This document shows positions 48,050-63,000 of a DNA stretch of 64,000 bases, piece after piece. Every line of letters begins with the position of its first letter. The stretch's first letter is position 1. A model generated the notes under the pieces. The model was not told where the DNA came from. It ran no database searches and worked only from the letters and a program-made list of their open reading frames with translations. This DNA comes from the human T2T-CHM13v2.0 reference genome, Homo sapiens, in assembly GCF_009914755.1 (NCBI RefSeq), contig NC_060925.1; one strand, 5' to 3'. Made by a program: the position numbers and the translations under genes.

Positions 48050-51000
48050 GCTTTGAGGTCAATAGTAGAAAAGGAAATATCTTCGTAGAAAAACTAGACA
48101 GAATGATTCTCAGAAACTCCTTTGTGATGTGTGTGTTCAACTCACAGAGTTTAACCTTTCTTTTCATAGAGCAGTTAGTAAACACTCTGTTTATAAAGTC
48201 TGCAAGTGGATATTCAGACCCCTTTGAGGCCTTCGTTGGAAACGGGATTTCTTCATATTATGCTAGACAGAAGAATTCTCAGTAACTTCCTTGTGTTGTG
48301 TGTATTCAACTGACAGAGTTGAACTTTCATTTGGAGAGAGCAGATTTGAAACACTGTTTTTGTGGAATTTGCAAGTGGAGATTTCAAGCGCTTTGGGGCC
48401 AAAGGCAGAAAAGGAAATATCTTCGTATAAAAACTAGACAGAATCATTCTCAGAAACTGCTGCGTGATGTGTGCGTTCAACTCTCAGAGTTTAACCTTTC
48501 TTTTCATTCAGCGGTTTGGAAACACTCTGTTTGTAAAGTCTGCACGTGGATATTTTGACCACTTAGAGGCCTTCGTTGGAAACGGGTTTTTTTCATGTAA
48601 GGCTAGACAGAAGAATTCCCAGTAACTTCCTTGTGTTGTGTGCATTCAACTCACAGAGTTGAACGTTCCCTTAGACAGAGCAGATTTGAAACACTCTATT
48701 TGTGCAATTTGCAAGTGTAGATTTCAAGCGCTTTAAGGTCAACGGCAGAAAAGGAAATATCTTCGTTTCAAAACTAGACAGAATCATTCCCACAAACTGC
48801 GTTGTGATGTGTTCGTTCAACTCACAGAGTTTAACCTTTCTGTTCATAGAGCAGTTAGGAAACACTCTGTTTGTAAAGTCTGTAAGTGGATATTCTGATA
48901 TCTTGTGGCCTTCGTTGGAAACGGGATTTCTTCATATTCTGCTAGACAGAAGAATTCTCAGTAACTTCCTTGTGTTGTGTGTATTCAACTCACAGAGTTG
49001 AACGATCCTTTACACAGAGCAGACTTGAAACACTCTTTTTGTGGAATTTGCAAGTGGAGATTTCAGCCGCTTTGAGGTCAATGGTAGAAAAGGAAACTAT
49101 CTTCATATAAAGACTAGACAGAATGATTCTCAGAAAATCTTTTGTGATGTGTGCGTTCAACTCACAGAGTTTAACTTTTCTTCTCATAGAGCAGTTAGGA
49201 AACACTCTGTTTGTAAAGTCTGCAAGTGGATATTCAGACCTGTTTGAGGCCTTCGTTGGAAACGGGATTTCTTCATATTATGCTAGACAGAATAATTCTC
49301 AGTAACTTCCTTGTGTTGTGTGTATTCAACTCACAGAGTTGAAGGATCCTTTACAGAGAGCAGGCTTGAAACACTCTTTTTGTCGAATTTGCAAGTGGAG
49401 ATTTCAGCCGCTTTGAGGTCAATGGTAGAATAGGAAATATCTTCTTATAGAAACTAGACAAAATGATTCTCATGAACTCCTTTGTGATGTGTGCGTTCAA
49501 CTCACAGAGTTTAACCTTTCTTTTCATAGAGCAGTTAGGAAACACTCTGTTTGTAAAGTCTGCAAGTGGATATTCAGACCTCCTTGAGGCCTTCGTTGGA
49601 AACGGGATTTCTTCATATTCTGCTAGACAGAAGAATTCTCAGTAACTTCCTTGTGTTGTGTGTATTCAACTCACAGAGTTGAACGATCCTTTACACAGAG
49701 CAGACTTGAAACATTCTTTTTGTGGAATTTGCAAGTGGAGATTTCAGCCGCTTTGAGGTCAATGGTAGAATAGGAAATATCTTCCTATAGAAACTAGACA
49801 GAACGATTCTCAGAAACTCCTTTGTGATGTGTGCGTTCAACTCACAGAGTTTAACCTTTCTTTTCATAGAGCAGTTAGGAAACACTCTGTTTGTAAAGTC
49901 TGCAAGTGGATATTCAGACCTCTTTGAGGCCTTCGTTGGAAACGGGATTTCTTCCTATTCTGCTAGACAGAAGAATTCTCAGTAACTTCCTTGTGTTGTG
50001 TGTATTCAACTCACAGAGTTGAACGATCCTTTACACAGAGCAGACTTGAAACACTCTTTTTGTGGAATTTGCAAGTGGAGATTTCAGCCGCTTTGAGGTC
50101 AATAGTAGAAAAGGAAATATCTTCGTAGAAAAACTAGACAGAATGATTCTCAGAAACTCCTTTGTGATGTGTGTGTTCAACTCACAGAGTTTAACCTTTC
50201 TTTTCATAGAGCAGTTAGTAAACACTCTGTTTATAAAGTCTGCAAGTGGATATTCAGACCCCTTTGAGGCCTTCGTTGGAAACGGGATTTCTTCATATTA
50301 TGCTAGACAGAAGAATTCTCAGTAACTTCCTTGTGTTGTGTGTATTCAACTCACAGAGTTGAACTTTCATTTGGAGAGAGCAGATTTGAAACACTGTTTT
50401 TGTGGAATTTGCAAGTGGAGATTTCAAGCGCTTTGGGGCCAAAGGCAGAAAAGGAAATATCTTCGTATAAAAACTAGACAGAATCATTCTCAGAAACTGC
50501 TGCGTGATGTGTGCGTTCAACTCTCAGAGTTTAACTTTTCTTTTCATTCAGCGGTTTGGAAACACTCTGTTTGTAAAGTCTGCACGTGGATATTTTGACC
50601 ACTTAGAGGCCTTCGTTGGAAACGGGTTTTTTCATGTAAGGCTAGACAGAAGAGTTCCCAGTAACTTCCTTGTGTTGTGTGCATTCAACTCACAGAGTTG
50701 AACGTTCCCTTAGACAGAGCAGATTTGAAACACTCTATTTGTGCAATTTGCAAGTGTAGATTTCAAGCGCTTTAAGGTCAACGGCAGAAAAGGAAATATC
50801 TTCGTTTCAAAACTAGACAGAATCATTCCCACAAACTGCGTTGTGATGTGTTCGTTCAACTCACAGAGTTTAACCTTTCTGTTCATAGAGCAGTTAGGAA
50901 ACACTCTGTTTGTAAAGTCTGTAAGTGGATATTCTGATATCTTGTGGCCTTCGTTGGAAACGGGATTTCTTCATATTCTGCTAGACAGAAGAATTCTCAG

Positions 51001-54000
51001 TAACTTCCTTGTGTTGTGTGTATTCAACTCACAGAGTTGAACGATCCTTTACACAGAGCAGACTTGAAACACTCTTTTTGTGGAATTTGCAAGTGGAGAT
51101 TTCAGCCGCTTTGAGGTCAATGGTAGAAAAGGAAACTATCTTCATATAAAGACTAGACAGAATGATTCTCAGAAAATCTTTTGTGATGTGTGCGTTCAAC
51201 TCACAGAGTTTAACTTTTCTTCTCATAGAGCAGTTAGGAAACACTCTGTTTGTAAAGTCTGCAAGTGGATATTCAGACCTGTTTGAGGCCTTCGTTGGAA
51301 ACGGGATTTCTTCATATTATGCTAGACAGAATAATTCTCAGTAACTTCCTTGTGTTGTGTGTATTCAACTCACAGAGTTGAAGGATCCTTTACAGAGAGC
51401 AGGCTTGAAACACTCTTTTTGTCGAATTTGCAAGTGGAGATTTCAGCCGCTTTGAGGTCAATGGTAGAATAGGAAATATCTTCTTATAGAAACTAGACAA
51501 AATGATTCTCATGAACTCCTTTGTGATGTGTGCGTTCAACTCACAGAGTTTAACCTTTCTTTTCATAGAGCAGTTAGGAAACACTCTGTTTGTAAAGTCT
51601 GCAAGTGGATATTCAGACCTCCTTGAGGCCTTCGTTGGAAACGGGATTTCTTCATATTCTGCTAGACAGAAGAATTCTCAGTAACTTCCTTGTGTTGTGT
51701 GTATTCAACTCACAGAGTTGAACGATCCTTTACACAGAGCAGACTTGAAACACTCTTTTTGTGGAATTTGCAAGTGGAGATTTCAGCCGCTTTGAGGTCA
51801 ATAGTAGAAAAGGAAATATCTTCGTAGAAAAACTAGACAGAATGATTCTCAGAAACTCCTTTGTGATGTGTGTGTTCAACTCACAGAGTTTAACCTTTCT
51901 TTTCATAGAGCAGTTAGTAAACACTCTGTTTATAAAGTCTGCAAGTGGATATTCAGACCCCTTTGAGGCCTTCGTTGGAAACGGGATTTCTTCATATTAT
52001 GCTAGACAGAAGAATTCTCAGTAACTTCCTTGTGTTGTGTGTATTCAACTGACAGAGTTGAACTTTCATTTGGAGAGAGCAGATTTGAAACACTGTTTTT
52101 GTGGAATTTGCAAGTGGAGATTTCAAGCGCTTTGGGGCCAAAGGCAGAAAAGGAAATATCTTCGTATAAAAACTAGACAGAATCATTCTCAGAAACTGCT
52201 GCGTGATGTGTGCGTTCAACTCTCAGAGTTTAACTTTTCTTTTCATTCAGCGGTTTGGAAACACTCTGTTTGTAAAGTCTGCACGTGGATATTTTGACCA
52301 CTTAGAGGCCTTCGTTGGAAACGGGTTTTTTTCATGTAAGGCTAGACAGAAGAATTCCCAGTAACTTCCTTGTGTTGTGTGCATTCAACTCACAGAGTTG
52401 AACGTTCCCTTAGACAGAGCAGATTTGAAACACTCTATTTGTGCAATTTGCAAGTGTAGATTTCAAGCGCTTTAAGGTCAACGGCAGAAAAGGAAATATC
52501 TTCGTTTCAAAACTAGACAGAATCATTCCCACAAACTGCGTTGTGATGTGTACGTTCAACTCACAGAGTTTAACCTTTCTGTTCATAGAGCAGTTAGGAA
52601 ACACTCTGTTTGTAAAGTCTGTAAGTGGATATTCTGACATCTTGTGGCCTTCGTTGGAAACGGGATTTCTTCATATTCTGCTAGACAGAAGAATTCTCAG
52701 TAACTTCCTTGTGTTGTGTGTATTCAACTCACAGAGTTGAAGGATCCTTTACAGAGAGGAGGCTTGAAACCCTCTTTTTGTCGAATTTGCAAGTGGAGAT
52801 TTCAGCCGCTTTGAGGTCAATGGTAGAATAGGAAATTTCTTCTTATAGAAACTAGACAAAATGATTCTCATGAACTCCTTTGTGATGTGTGCGTTCAACT
52901 CACAGAGTTTAACCTTTCTTTTCATAGAGCAGTTAGGAAACACTCTGTTTGTAAAGTCTGCAAGTGGATATTCAGACCCCTTTGAGGCCTTCGTTGGAAA
53001 CGGGATTTCTTCATATTCTGCTAGACAGAAGAATTCTCAGTAACTTCCTTGTGTTGTGTTTATTCAACTCACAGAGTTGAATGATCCTTTACACAGAGCA
53101 GACTTGAAACACTCTTTTTGTGGAATTTGCAAGTGGAGATTTCAGCCGCTTTGAGGTCAATGGTAGAAAAGTAAATATCTTCGTATAAAGACTAGACAGA
53201 ATGATTCTCAGAAACTCCTTTGTGATGTGTGCGTTCAACTCACAGAGTTTAACCTTTCTGTTCATAGAGCAGTTAGGAAACACTCTGTTTGTAAAGTCTG
53301 CAAGTGGATATTCAGACCTCCTTGAGGCCTTCTTTGGAAACGGGGTTTCTTCATATTCTGCTAGACAGAAGAATTCTCAGTAACTTCCTTGTGTTGTGTG
53401 TATTCAACTCACAGAGTTGAACGATCCTTTACACAGAGCAGACTTGAAACACTCTTTTTGTGGAATTTGCAAGTGGAGATTTCAGCCGCTTTGAGGTCAA
53501 TGGTAGAAAAGGAAATATCTTCGTATAAAGACTAGACAGAACGATTCTCAGAAACTCCTTTGTGATGTGTGCGTTCAACTCACAGAGTTTAACTTTTCTT
53601 TTCATAGAGCAGTTAGTAAACACTCTGTATATAAAGTCTGCAAGTGGATATTCAGACCCCTTTGAGGCCTTCGTTGGAAACGGGATTTCTTCATATTATG
53701 CTAGACAGAAGAATTCTCAGTAACTTCCTTGTGTTGTGTGTATTCAACTGACAGAGTTGAACTTTCATTTAGAGAGAGCAGATTTGAAACACTGTTTTTG
53801 TGGAATTTGTAAGTGGAGATTTCAAGCGCTTTGGGGCCAAAGGCAGAAAAGGAAATATCTTCGTATAAAAACTAGACAGAATCATTCTCAGAAACTGCTG
53901 CGTGATGTGTGCATTCAACTCTCAGAGTTTAACTTTTCTTTTCATTCAGCGGTTTGGAAACACTATGTTTGTAAAGTCTGCACGTGGATATTTTGACCAC

Positions 54001-57000
54001 TTAGAGGCCTTCGTTGGAAACGGGATTTTTTCATGTAAGGCTAGACAGAAGAATTCCCAGTAACTTCCTTGTGTTGTGTGCATTCAACTCACAGAGTTGA
54101 ACGTTCCCTTAGACAGAGCAGATTTGAAACACTCTATTTGTGCAATTTCCAAGTGTAGATTTCAAGCGCTTTAAGGTCAACGGCAGAAAAGGAAATATCT
54201 TCGTTTCAAAACTAGACAGAATCATTCCCACAAACTGCGTTGTGATGTGTTCGTTCAACTCACAGAGTATAACCTTTCTGTTCATAGAGCAGTTAGGAAA
54301 CACTCTGTTTGTAAAGTCTGTAAGTGGATATTCTGACATCTTGTGGCCTTCGTTGGAAACGGGATTTCTTCATATTCTGCTAGACAGAAGAATTCTCAGT
54401 AACTTCCTTGTGTTGTGTGTATTCAACTCACAGAGTTGAACGATCCTTTACACAGAGCAGACTTGAAACACTCTTTTTGTGGAATTTGCAAGTGGAGATT
54501 TCAGCCGCTTTGAGGTCAATGGTAGAAAAGGAAGCTATCTTCATATAAAGACTAGACAGAATGATTCTCAGAAAATCTTTTGTGATGTGTGCGTTCAACT
54601 CACAGAGTTTAACTTTTCTTCTCATAGAGCAGTTAGGAAACACTCTGTTTGTAAAGTCTGCAAGTGGATATTCAGACCTCTTTGAGGCCTTCGTTGGAAA
54701 CGGGATTTCTTCATATTATGCTAGACAGAATAATTCTCAGTAACTTCCTTGTGTTGTGTGTATTCAACTCACAGAGTTGAAGGATCCTTTACAGAGAGCA
54801 GGCTTGAAACACTCTTTTTGTCGAATTTGCAAGTGGAGATTTCAGCCGCTTTGAGGTCAATGGTAGAATAGGAAATATCTTCTTATAGAAACTAGACAGA
54901 ATGATTCTCATAAACTCCTTTGTGATGTGTGCGTTCAACTCACAGAGTTTAACCTTTCTTTTCATAGAGCAGTTAGGAAACACTCTGTTTGAAAAGTCTG
55001 CAAGTGGATATTCAGACCTCCTTGAGGCCTTCGTTGGAAACGGGATTTCTTCATATTCTGCTAGACAGAAGAATTCTCAGTAACTTCCTTGTGTTGTGTT
55101 TATTCAACTCACAGAGTTGAATGATCCTTTACACAGAGCAGACTTGAAACACTCTTTTTGTGGAATTTGCAAGTGGAGATTTCAGCCGCTTTGAGGTCAA
55201 TGGTAGAAAAGTAAATATCTTCGTATAAAGACTAGACAGAATGATTCTCAGAAACTCCTTTGTGATGTGTGCGTTCAACTCACAGAGTTTAACCTTTCTG
55301 TTCATAGAGCAGTTAGGAAACACTCTGTTTGTAAAGTCTGCAAGTGGATATTCAGACCTCCTTGAGGCCTTCGTTGGAAACGGGATTTCTTCATATTCTG
55401 CTAGACAGAAGAATTCTCAGTAACTTCCTTGTGTTGTGTGTATTCAACTCACAGAGTTGAACGATCCTTTACACAGAGCAGACTTGAAACACTCTTTTTG
55501 TGGAATTTGCAAGTGGAAATTTCAGCCGCTTTGAGGTCAATAGTAGAAAAGGAAATATCTTCGTAGAAAAACTAGACAGAATGATTCTCAGAAACTCCTT
55601 TGTGATGTGTGTGTTCAACTCACAGAGTTTAACCTTTCTTTTCATAGAGCAGTTAGTAAACACTCTGTTTATAAAGTCTGCAAGTGGATATTCAGACCCC
55701 TTTGAGGCCTTCGTTGGAAACGGGATTTCTTCATATTATGCTAGACAGAAGAATTCTCAGTAACTTCCTTGTGTTGTGTGTATTCAACTGACAGAGTTGA
55801 ACTTTCATTTGGAGAGAGCAGATTTGAAACACTGTTTTTGTGGAATTTGCAAGTGGAGATTTCAAGCGCTTTGGGGCCAAAGGCAGAAAAGGAAATATCT
55901 TCGTATAAAAACTAGACAGAATCATTCTCAGAAACTGCTGCGTGATGTGTGCGTTCAACTCTCAGAGTTTAACCTTTCTTTTCATTCAGCGGTTTGGAAA
56001 CACTCTGTTTGTAAAGTCTGCACGTGGATATTTTGACCACTTAGAGGCCTTCGTTGGAAACGGGTTTTTTTCATGTAAGGCTAGACAGAAGAATTCCCAG
56101 TAACTTCCTTGTGTTGTGTGCATTCAACTCACAGAGTTGAACGTTCCCTTAGACAGAGCAGATTTGAAACACTCTATTTGTGCAATTTGCAAGTGTAGAT
56201 TTCAAGCGCTTTAAGGTCAACGGCAGAAAAGGAAATATCTTCGTTTCAAAACTAGACAGAATCATTCCCACAAACTGCGTTGTGATGTGTTCGTTCAACT
56301 CACAGAGTTTAACCTTTCTGTTCATAGAGCAGTTAGGAAACACTCTGTTTGTAAAGTCTGTAAGTGGATATTCTGATATCTTGTGGCCTTCGTTGGAAAC
56401 GGGATTTCTTCATATTCTGCTAGACAGAAGAATTCTCAGTAACTTCCTTGTGTTGTGTGTATTCAACTCACAGAGTTGAACGATCCTTTACACAGAGCAG
56501 ACTTGAAACACTCTTTTTGTGGAATTTGCAAGTGGAGATTTCAGCCGCTTTGAGGTCAATGGTAGAAAAGGAAACTATCTTCATATAAAGACTAGACAGA
56601 ATGATTCTCAGAAAATCTTTTGTGATGTGTGCGTTCAACTCACAGAGTTTAACTTTTCTTCTCATAGAGCAGTTAGGAAACACTCTGTTTGTAAAGTCTG
56701 CAAGTGGATATTCAGACCTGTTTGAGGCCTTCGTTGGAAACGGGATTTCTTCATATTATGCTAGACAGAATAATTCTCAGTAACTTCCTTGTGTTGTGTG
56801 TATTCAACTCACAGAGTTGAAGGATCCTTTACAGAGAGCAGGCTTGAAACACTCTTTTTGTCGAATTTGCAAGTGGAGATTTCAGCCGCTTTGAGGTCAA
56901 TGGTAGAATAGGAAATATCTTCTTATAGAAACTAGACAAAATGATTCTCATGAACTCCTTTGTGATGTGTGCGTTCAACTCACAGAGTTTAACCTTTCTT

Positions 57001-60000
57001 TTCATAGAGCAGTTAGGAAACACTCTGTTTGTAAAGTCTGCAAGTGGATATTCAGACCTCCTTGAGGCCTTCGTTGGAAACGGGATTTCTTCATATTCTG
57101 CTAGACAGAAGAATTCTCAGTAACTTCCTTGTGTTGTGTGTATTCAACTCACAGAGTTGAACGATCCTTTACACAGAGCAGACTTGAAACATTCTTTTTG
57201 TGGAATTTGCAAGTGGAGATTTCAGCCGCTTTGAGGTCAATGGTAGAATAGGAAATATCTTCCTATAGAAACTAGACAGAACGATTCTCAGAAACTCCTT
57301 TGTGATGTGTGCGTTCAACTCACAGAGTTTAACCTTTCTTTTCATAGAGCAGTTAGGAAACACTCTGTTTGTAAAGTCTGCAAGTGGATATTCAGACCTC
57401 TTTGAGGCCTTCGTTGGAAACGGGATTTCTTCCTATTCTGCTAGACAGAAGAATTCTCAGTAACTTCCTTGTGTTGTGTGTATTCAACTCACAGAGTTGA
57501 ACGATCCTTTACACAGAGCAGACTTGAAACACTCTTTTTGTGGAATTTGCAAGTGGAGATTTCAGCCGCTTTGAGGTCAATAGTAGAAAAGGAAATATCT
57601 TCGTAGAAAAACTAGACAGAATGATTCTCAGAAACTCCTTTGTGATGTGTGTGTTCAACTCACAGAGTTTAACCTTTCTTTTCATAGAGCAGTTAGTAAA
57701 CACTCTGTTTATAAAGTCTGCAAGTGGATATTCAGACCCCTTTGAGGCCTTCGTTGGAAACGGGATTTCTTCATATTATGCTAGACAGAAGAATTCTCAG
57801 TAACTTCCTTGTGTTGTGTGTATTCAACTCACAGAGTTGAACTTTCATTTGGAGAGAGCAGATTTGAAACACTGTTTTTGTGGAATTTGCAAGTGGAGAT
57901 TTCAAGCGCTTTGGGGCCAAAGGCAGAAAAGGAAATATCTTCGTATAAAAACTAGACAGAATCATTCTCAGAAACTGCTGCGTGATGTGTGCGTTCAACT
58001 CTCAGAGTTTAACTTTTCTTTTCATTCAGCGGTTTGGAAACACTCTGTTTGTAAAGTCTGCACGTGGATATTTTGACCACTTAGAGGCCTTCGTTGGAAA
58101 CGGGTTTTTTCATGTAAGGCTAGACAGAAGAGTTCCCAGTAACTTCCTTGTGTTGTGTGCATTCAACTCACAGAGTTGAACGTTCCCTTAGACAGAGCAG
58201 ATTTGAAACACTCTATTTGTGCAATTTGCAAGTGTAGATTTCAAGCGCTTTAAGGTCAACGGCAGAAAAGGAAATATCTTCGTTTCAAAACTAGACAGAA
58301 TCATTCCCACAAACTGCGTTGTGATGTGTTCGTTCAACTCACAGAGTTTAACCTTTCTGTTCATAGAGCAGTTAGGAAACACTCTGTTTGTAAAGTCTGT
58401 AAGTGGATATTCTGATATCTTGTGGCCTTCGTTGGAAACGGGATTTCTTCATATTCTGCTAGACAGAAGAATTCTCAGTAACTTCCTTGTGTTGTGTGTA
58501 TTCAACTCACAGAGTTGAACGATCCTTTACACAGAGCAGACTTGAAACACTCTTTTTGTGGAATTTGCAAGTGGAGATTTCAGCCGCTTTGAGGTCAATG
58601 GTAGAAAAGGAAACTATCTTCATATAAAGACTAGACAGAATGATTCTCAGAAAATCTTTTGTGATGTGTGCGTTCAACTCACAGAGTTTAACTTTTCTTC
58701 TCATAGAGCAGTTAGGAAACACTCTGTTTGTAAAGTCTGCAAGTGGATATTCAGACCTGTTTGAGGCCTTCGTTGGAAACGGGATTTCTTCATATTATGC
58801 TAGACAGAATAATTCTCAGTAACTTCCTTGTGTTGTGTGTATTCAACTCACAGAGTTGAAGGATCCTTTACAGAGAGCAGGCTTGAAACACTCTTTTTGT
58901 CGAATTTGCAAGTGGAGATTTCAGCCGCTTTGAGGTCAATGGTAGAATAGGAAATATCTTCTTATAGAAACTAGACAAAATGATTCTCATGAACTCCTTT
59001 GTGATGTGTGCGTTCAACTCACAGAGTTTAACCTTTCTTTTCATAGAGCAGTTAGGAAACACTCTGTTTGTAAAGTCTGCAAGTGGATATTCAGACCTCC
59101 TTGAGGCCTTCGTTGGAAACGGGATTTCTTCATATTCTGCTAGACAGAAGAATTCTCAGTAACTTCCTTGTGTTGTGTGTATTCAACTCACAGAGTTGAA
59201 CGATCCTTTACACAGAGCAGACTTGAAACACTCTTTTTGTGGAATTTGCAAGTGGAGATTTCAGCCGCTTTGAGGTCAATAGTAGAAAAGGAAATATCTT
59301 CGTAGAAAAACTAGACAGAATGATTCTCAGAAACTCCTTTGTGATGTGTGTGTTCAACTCACAGAGTTTAACCTTTCTTTTCATAGAGCAGTTAGTAAAC
59401 ACTCTGTTTATAAAGTCTGCAAGTGGATATTCAGACCCCTTTGAGGCCTTCGTTGGAAACGGGATTTCTTCATATTATGCTAGACAGAAGAATTCTCAGT
59501 AACTTCCTTGTGTTGTGTGTATTCAACTGACAGAGTTGAACTTTCATTTGGAGAGAGCAGATTTGAAACACTGTTTTTGTGGAATTTGCAAGTGGAGATT
59601 TCAAGCGCTTTGGGGCCAAAGGCAGAAAAGGAAATATCTTCGTATAAAAACTAGACAGAATCATTCTCAGAAACTGCTGCGTGATGTGTGCGTTCAACTC
59701 TCAGAGTTTAACTTTTCTTTTCATTCAGCGGTTTGGAAACACTCTGTTTGTAAAGTCTGCACGTGGATATTTTGACCACTTAGAGGCCTTCGTTGGAAAC
59801 GGGTTTTTTTCATGTAAGGCTAGACAGAAGAATTCCCAGTAACTTCCTTGTGTTGTGTGCATTCAACTCACAGAGTTGAACGTTCCCTTAGACAGAGCAG
59901 ATTTGAAACACTCTATTTGTGCAATTTGCAAGTGTAGATTTCAAGCGCTTTAAGGTCAACGGCAGAAAAGGAAATATCTTCGTTTCAAAACTAGACAGAA

Positions 60001-63000
60001 TCATTCCCACAAACTGCGTTGTGATGTGTACGTTCAACTCACAGAGTTTAACCTTTCTGTTCATAGAGCAGTTAGGAAACACTCTGTTTGTAAAGTCTGT
60101 AAGTGGATATTCTGACATCTTGTGGCCTTCGTTGGAAACGGGATTTCTTCATATTCTGCTAGACAGAAGAATTCTCAGTAACTTCCTTGTGTTGTGTGTA
60201 TTCAACTCACAGAGTTGAAGGATCCTTTACAGAGAGGAGGCTTGAAACCCTCTTTTTGTCGAATTTGCAAGTGGAGATTTCAGCCGCTTTGAGGTCAATG
60301 GTAGAATAGGAAATTTCTTCTTATAGAAACTAGACAAAATGATTCTCATGAACTCCTTTGTGATGTGTGCGTTCAACTCACAGAGTTTAACCTTTCTTTT
60401 CATAGAGCAGTTAGGAAACACTCTGTTTGTAAAGTCTGCAAGTGGATATTCAGACCCCTTTGAGGCCTTCGTTGGAAACGGGATTTCTTCATATTCTGCT
60501 AGACAGAAGAATTCTCAGTAACTTCCTTGTGTTGTGTTTATTCAACTCACAGAGTTGAATGATCCTTTACACAGAGCAGACTTGAAACACTCTTTTTGTG
60601 GAATTTGCAAGTGGAGATTTCAGCCGCTTTGAGGTCAATGGTAGAAAAGTAAATATCTTCGTATAAAGACTAGACAGAATGATTCTCAGAAACTCCTTTG
60701 TGATGTGTGCGTTCAACTCACAGAGTTTAACCTTTCTGTTCATAGAGCAGTTAGGAAACACTCTGTTTGTAAAGTCTGCAAGTGGATATTCAGACCTCCT
60801 TGAGGCCTTCTTTGGAAACGGGGTTTCTTCATATTCTGCTAGACAGAAGAATTCTCAGTAACTTCCTTGTGTTGTGTGTATTCAACTCACAGAGTTGAAC
60901 GATCCTTTACACAGAGCAGACTTGAAACACTCTTTTTGTGGAATTTGCAAGTGGAGATTTCAGCCGCTTTGAGGTCAATGGTAGAAAAGGAAATATCTTC
61001 GTATAAAGACTAGACAGAACGATTCTCAGAAACTCCTTTGTGATGTGTGCGTTCAACTCACAGAGTTTAACTTTTCTTTTCATAGAGCAGTTAGTAAACA
61101 CTCTGTATATAAAGTCTGCAAGTGGATATTCAGACCCCTTTGAGGCCTTCGTTGGAAACGGGATTTCTTCATATTATGCTAGACAGAAGAATTCTCAGTA
61201 ACTTCCTTGTGTTGTGTGTATTCAACTGACAGAGTTGAACTTTCATTTAGAGAGAGCAGATTTGAAACACTGTTTTTGTGGAATTTGTAAGTGGAGATTT
61301 CAAGCGCTTTGGGGCCAAAGGCAGAAAAGGAAATATCTTCGTATAAAAACTAGACAGAATCATTCTCAGAAACTGCTGCGTGATGTGTGCATTCAACTCT
61401 CAGAGTTTAACTTTTCTTTTCATTCAGCGGTTTGGAAACACTATGTTTGTAAAGTCTGCACGTGGATATTTTGACCACTTAGAGGCCTTCGTTGGAAACG
61501 GGATTTTTTCATGTAAGGCTAGACAGAAGAATTCCCAGTAACTTCCTTGTGTTGTGTGCATTCAACTCACAGAGTTGAACGTTCCCTTAGACAGAGCAGA
61601 TTTGAAACACTCTATTTGTGCAATTTCCAAGTGTAGATTTCAAGCGCTTTAAGGTCAACGGCAGAAAAGGAAATATCTTCGTTTCAAAACTAGACAGAAT
61701 CATTCCCACAAACTGCGTTGTGATGTGTTCGTTCAACTCACAGAGTATAACCTTTCTGTTCATAGAGCAGTTAGGAAACACTCTGTTTGTAAAGTCTGTA
61801 AGTGGATATTCTGACATCTTGTGGCCTTCGTTGGAAACGGGATTTCTTCATATTCTGCTAGACAGAAGAATTCTCAGTAACTTCCTTGTGTTGTGTGTAT
61901 TCAACTCACAGAGTTGAACGATCCTTTACACAGAGCAGACTTGAAACACTCTTTTTGTGGAATTTGCAAGTGGAGATTTCAGCCGCTTTGAGGTCAATGG
62001 TAGAAAAGGAAGCTATCTTCATATAAAGACTAGACAGAATGATTCTCAGAAAATCTTTTGTGATGTGTGCGTTCAACTCACAGAGTTTAACTTTTCTTCT
62101 CATAGAGCAGTTAGGAAACACTCTGTTTGTAAAGTCTGCAAGTGGATATTCAGACCTCTTTGAGGCCTTCGTTGGAAACGGGATTTCTTCATATTATGCT
62201 AGACAGAATAATTCTCAGTAACTTCCTTGTGTTGTGTGTATTCAACTCACAGAGTTGAAGGATCCTTTACAGAGAGCAGGCTTGAAACACTCTTTTTGTC
62301 GAATTTGCAAGTGGAGATTTCAGCCGCTTTGAGGTCAATGGTAGAATAGGAAATATCTTCTTATAGAAACTAGACAGAATGATTCTCATAAACTCCTTTG
62401 TGATGTGTGCGTTCAACTCACAGAGTTTAACCTTTCTTTTCATAGAGCAGTTAGGAAACACTCTGTTTGAAAAGTCTGCAAGTGGATATTCAGACCTCCT
62501 TGAGGCCTTCGTTGGAAACGGGATTTCTTCATATTCTGCTAGACAGAAGAATTCTCAGTAACTTCCTTGTGTTGTGTTTATTCAACTCACAGAGTTGAAT
62601 GATCCTTTACACAGAGCAGACTTGAAACACTCTTTTTGTGGAATTTGCAAGTGGAGATTTCAGCCGCTTTGAGGTCAATGGTAGAAAAGTAAATATCTTC
62701 GTATAAAGACTAGACAGAATGATTCTCAGAAACTCCTTTGTGATGTGTGCGTTCAACTCACAGAGTTTAACCTTTCTGTTCATAGAGCAGTTAGGAAACA
62801 CTCTGTTTGTAAAGTCTGCAAGTGGATATTCAGACCTCCTTGAGGCCTTCGTTGGAAACGGGATTTCTTCATATTCTGCTAGACAGAAGAATTCTCAGTA
62901 ACTTCCTTGTGTTGTGTGTATTCAACTCACAGAGTTGAACGATCCTTTACACAGAGCAGACTTGAAACACTCTTTTTGTGGAATTTGCAAGTGGAAATTT

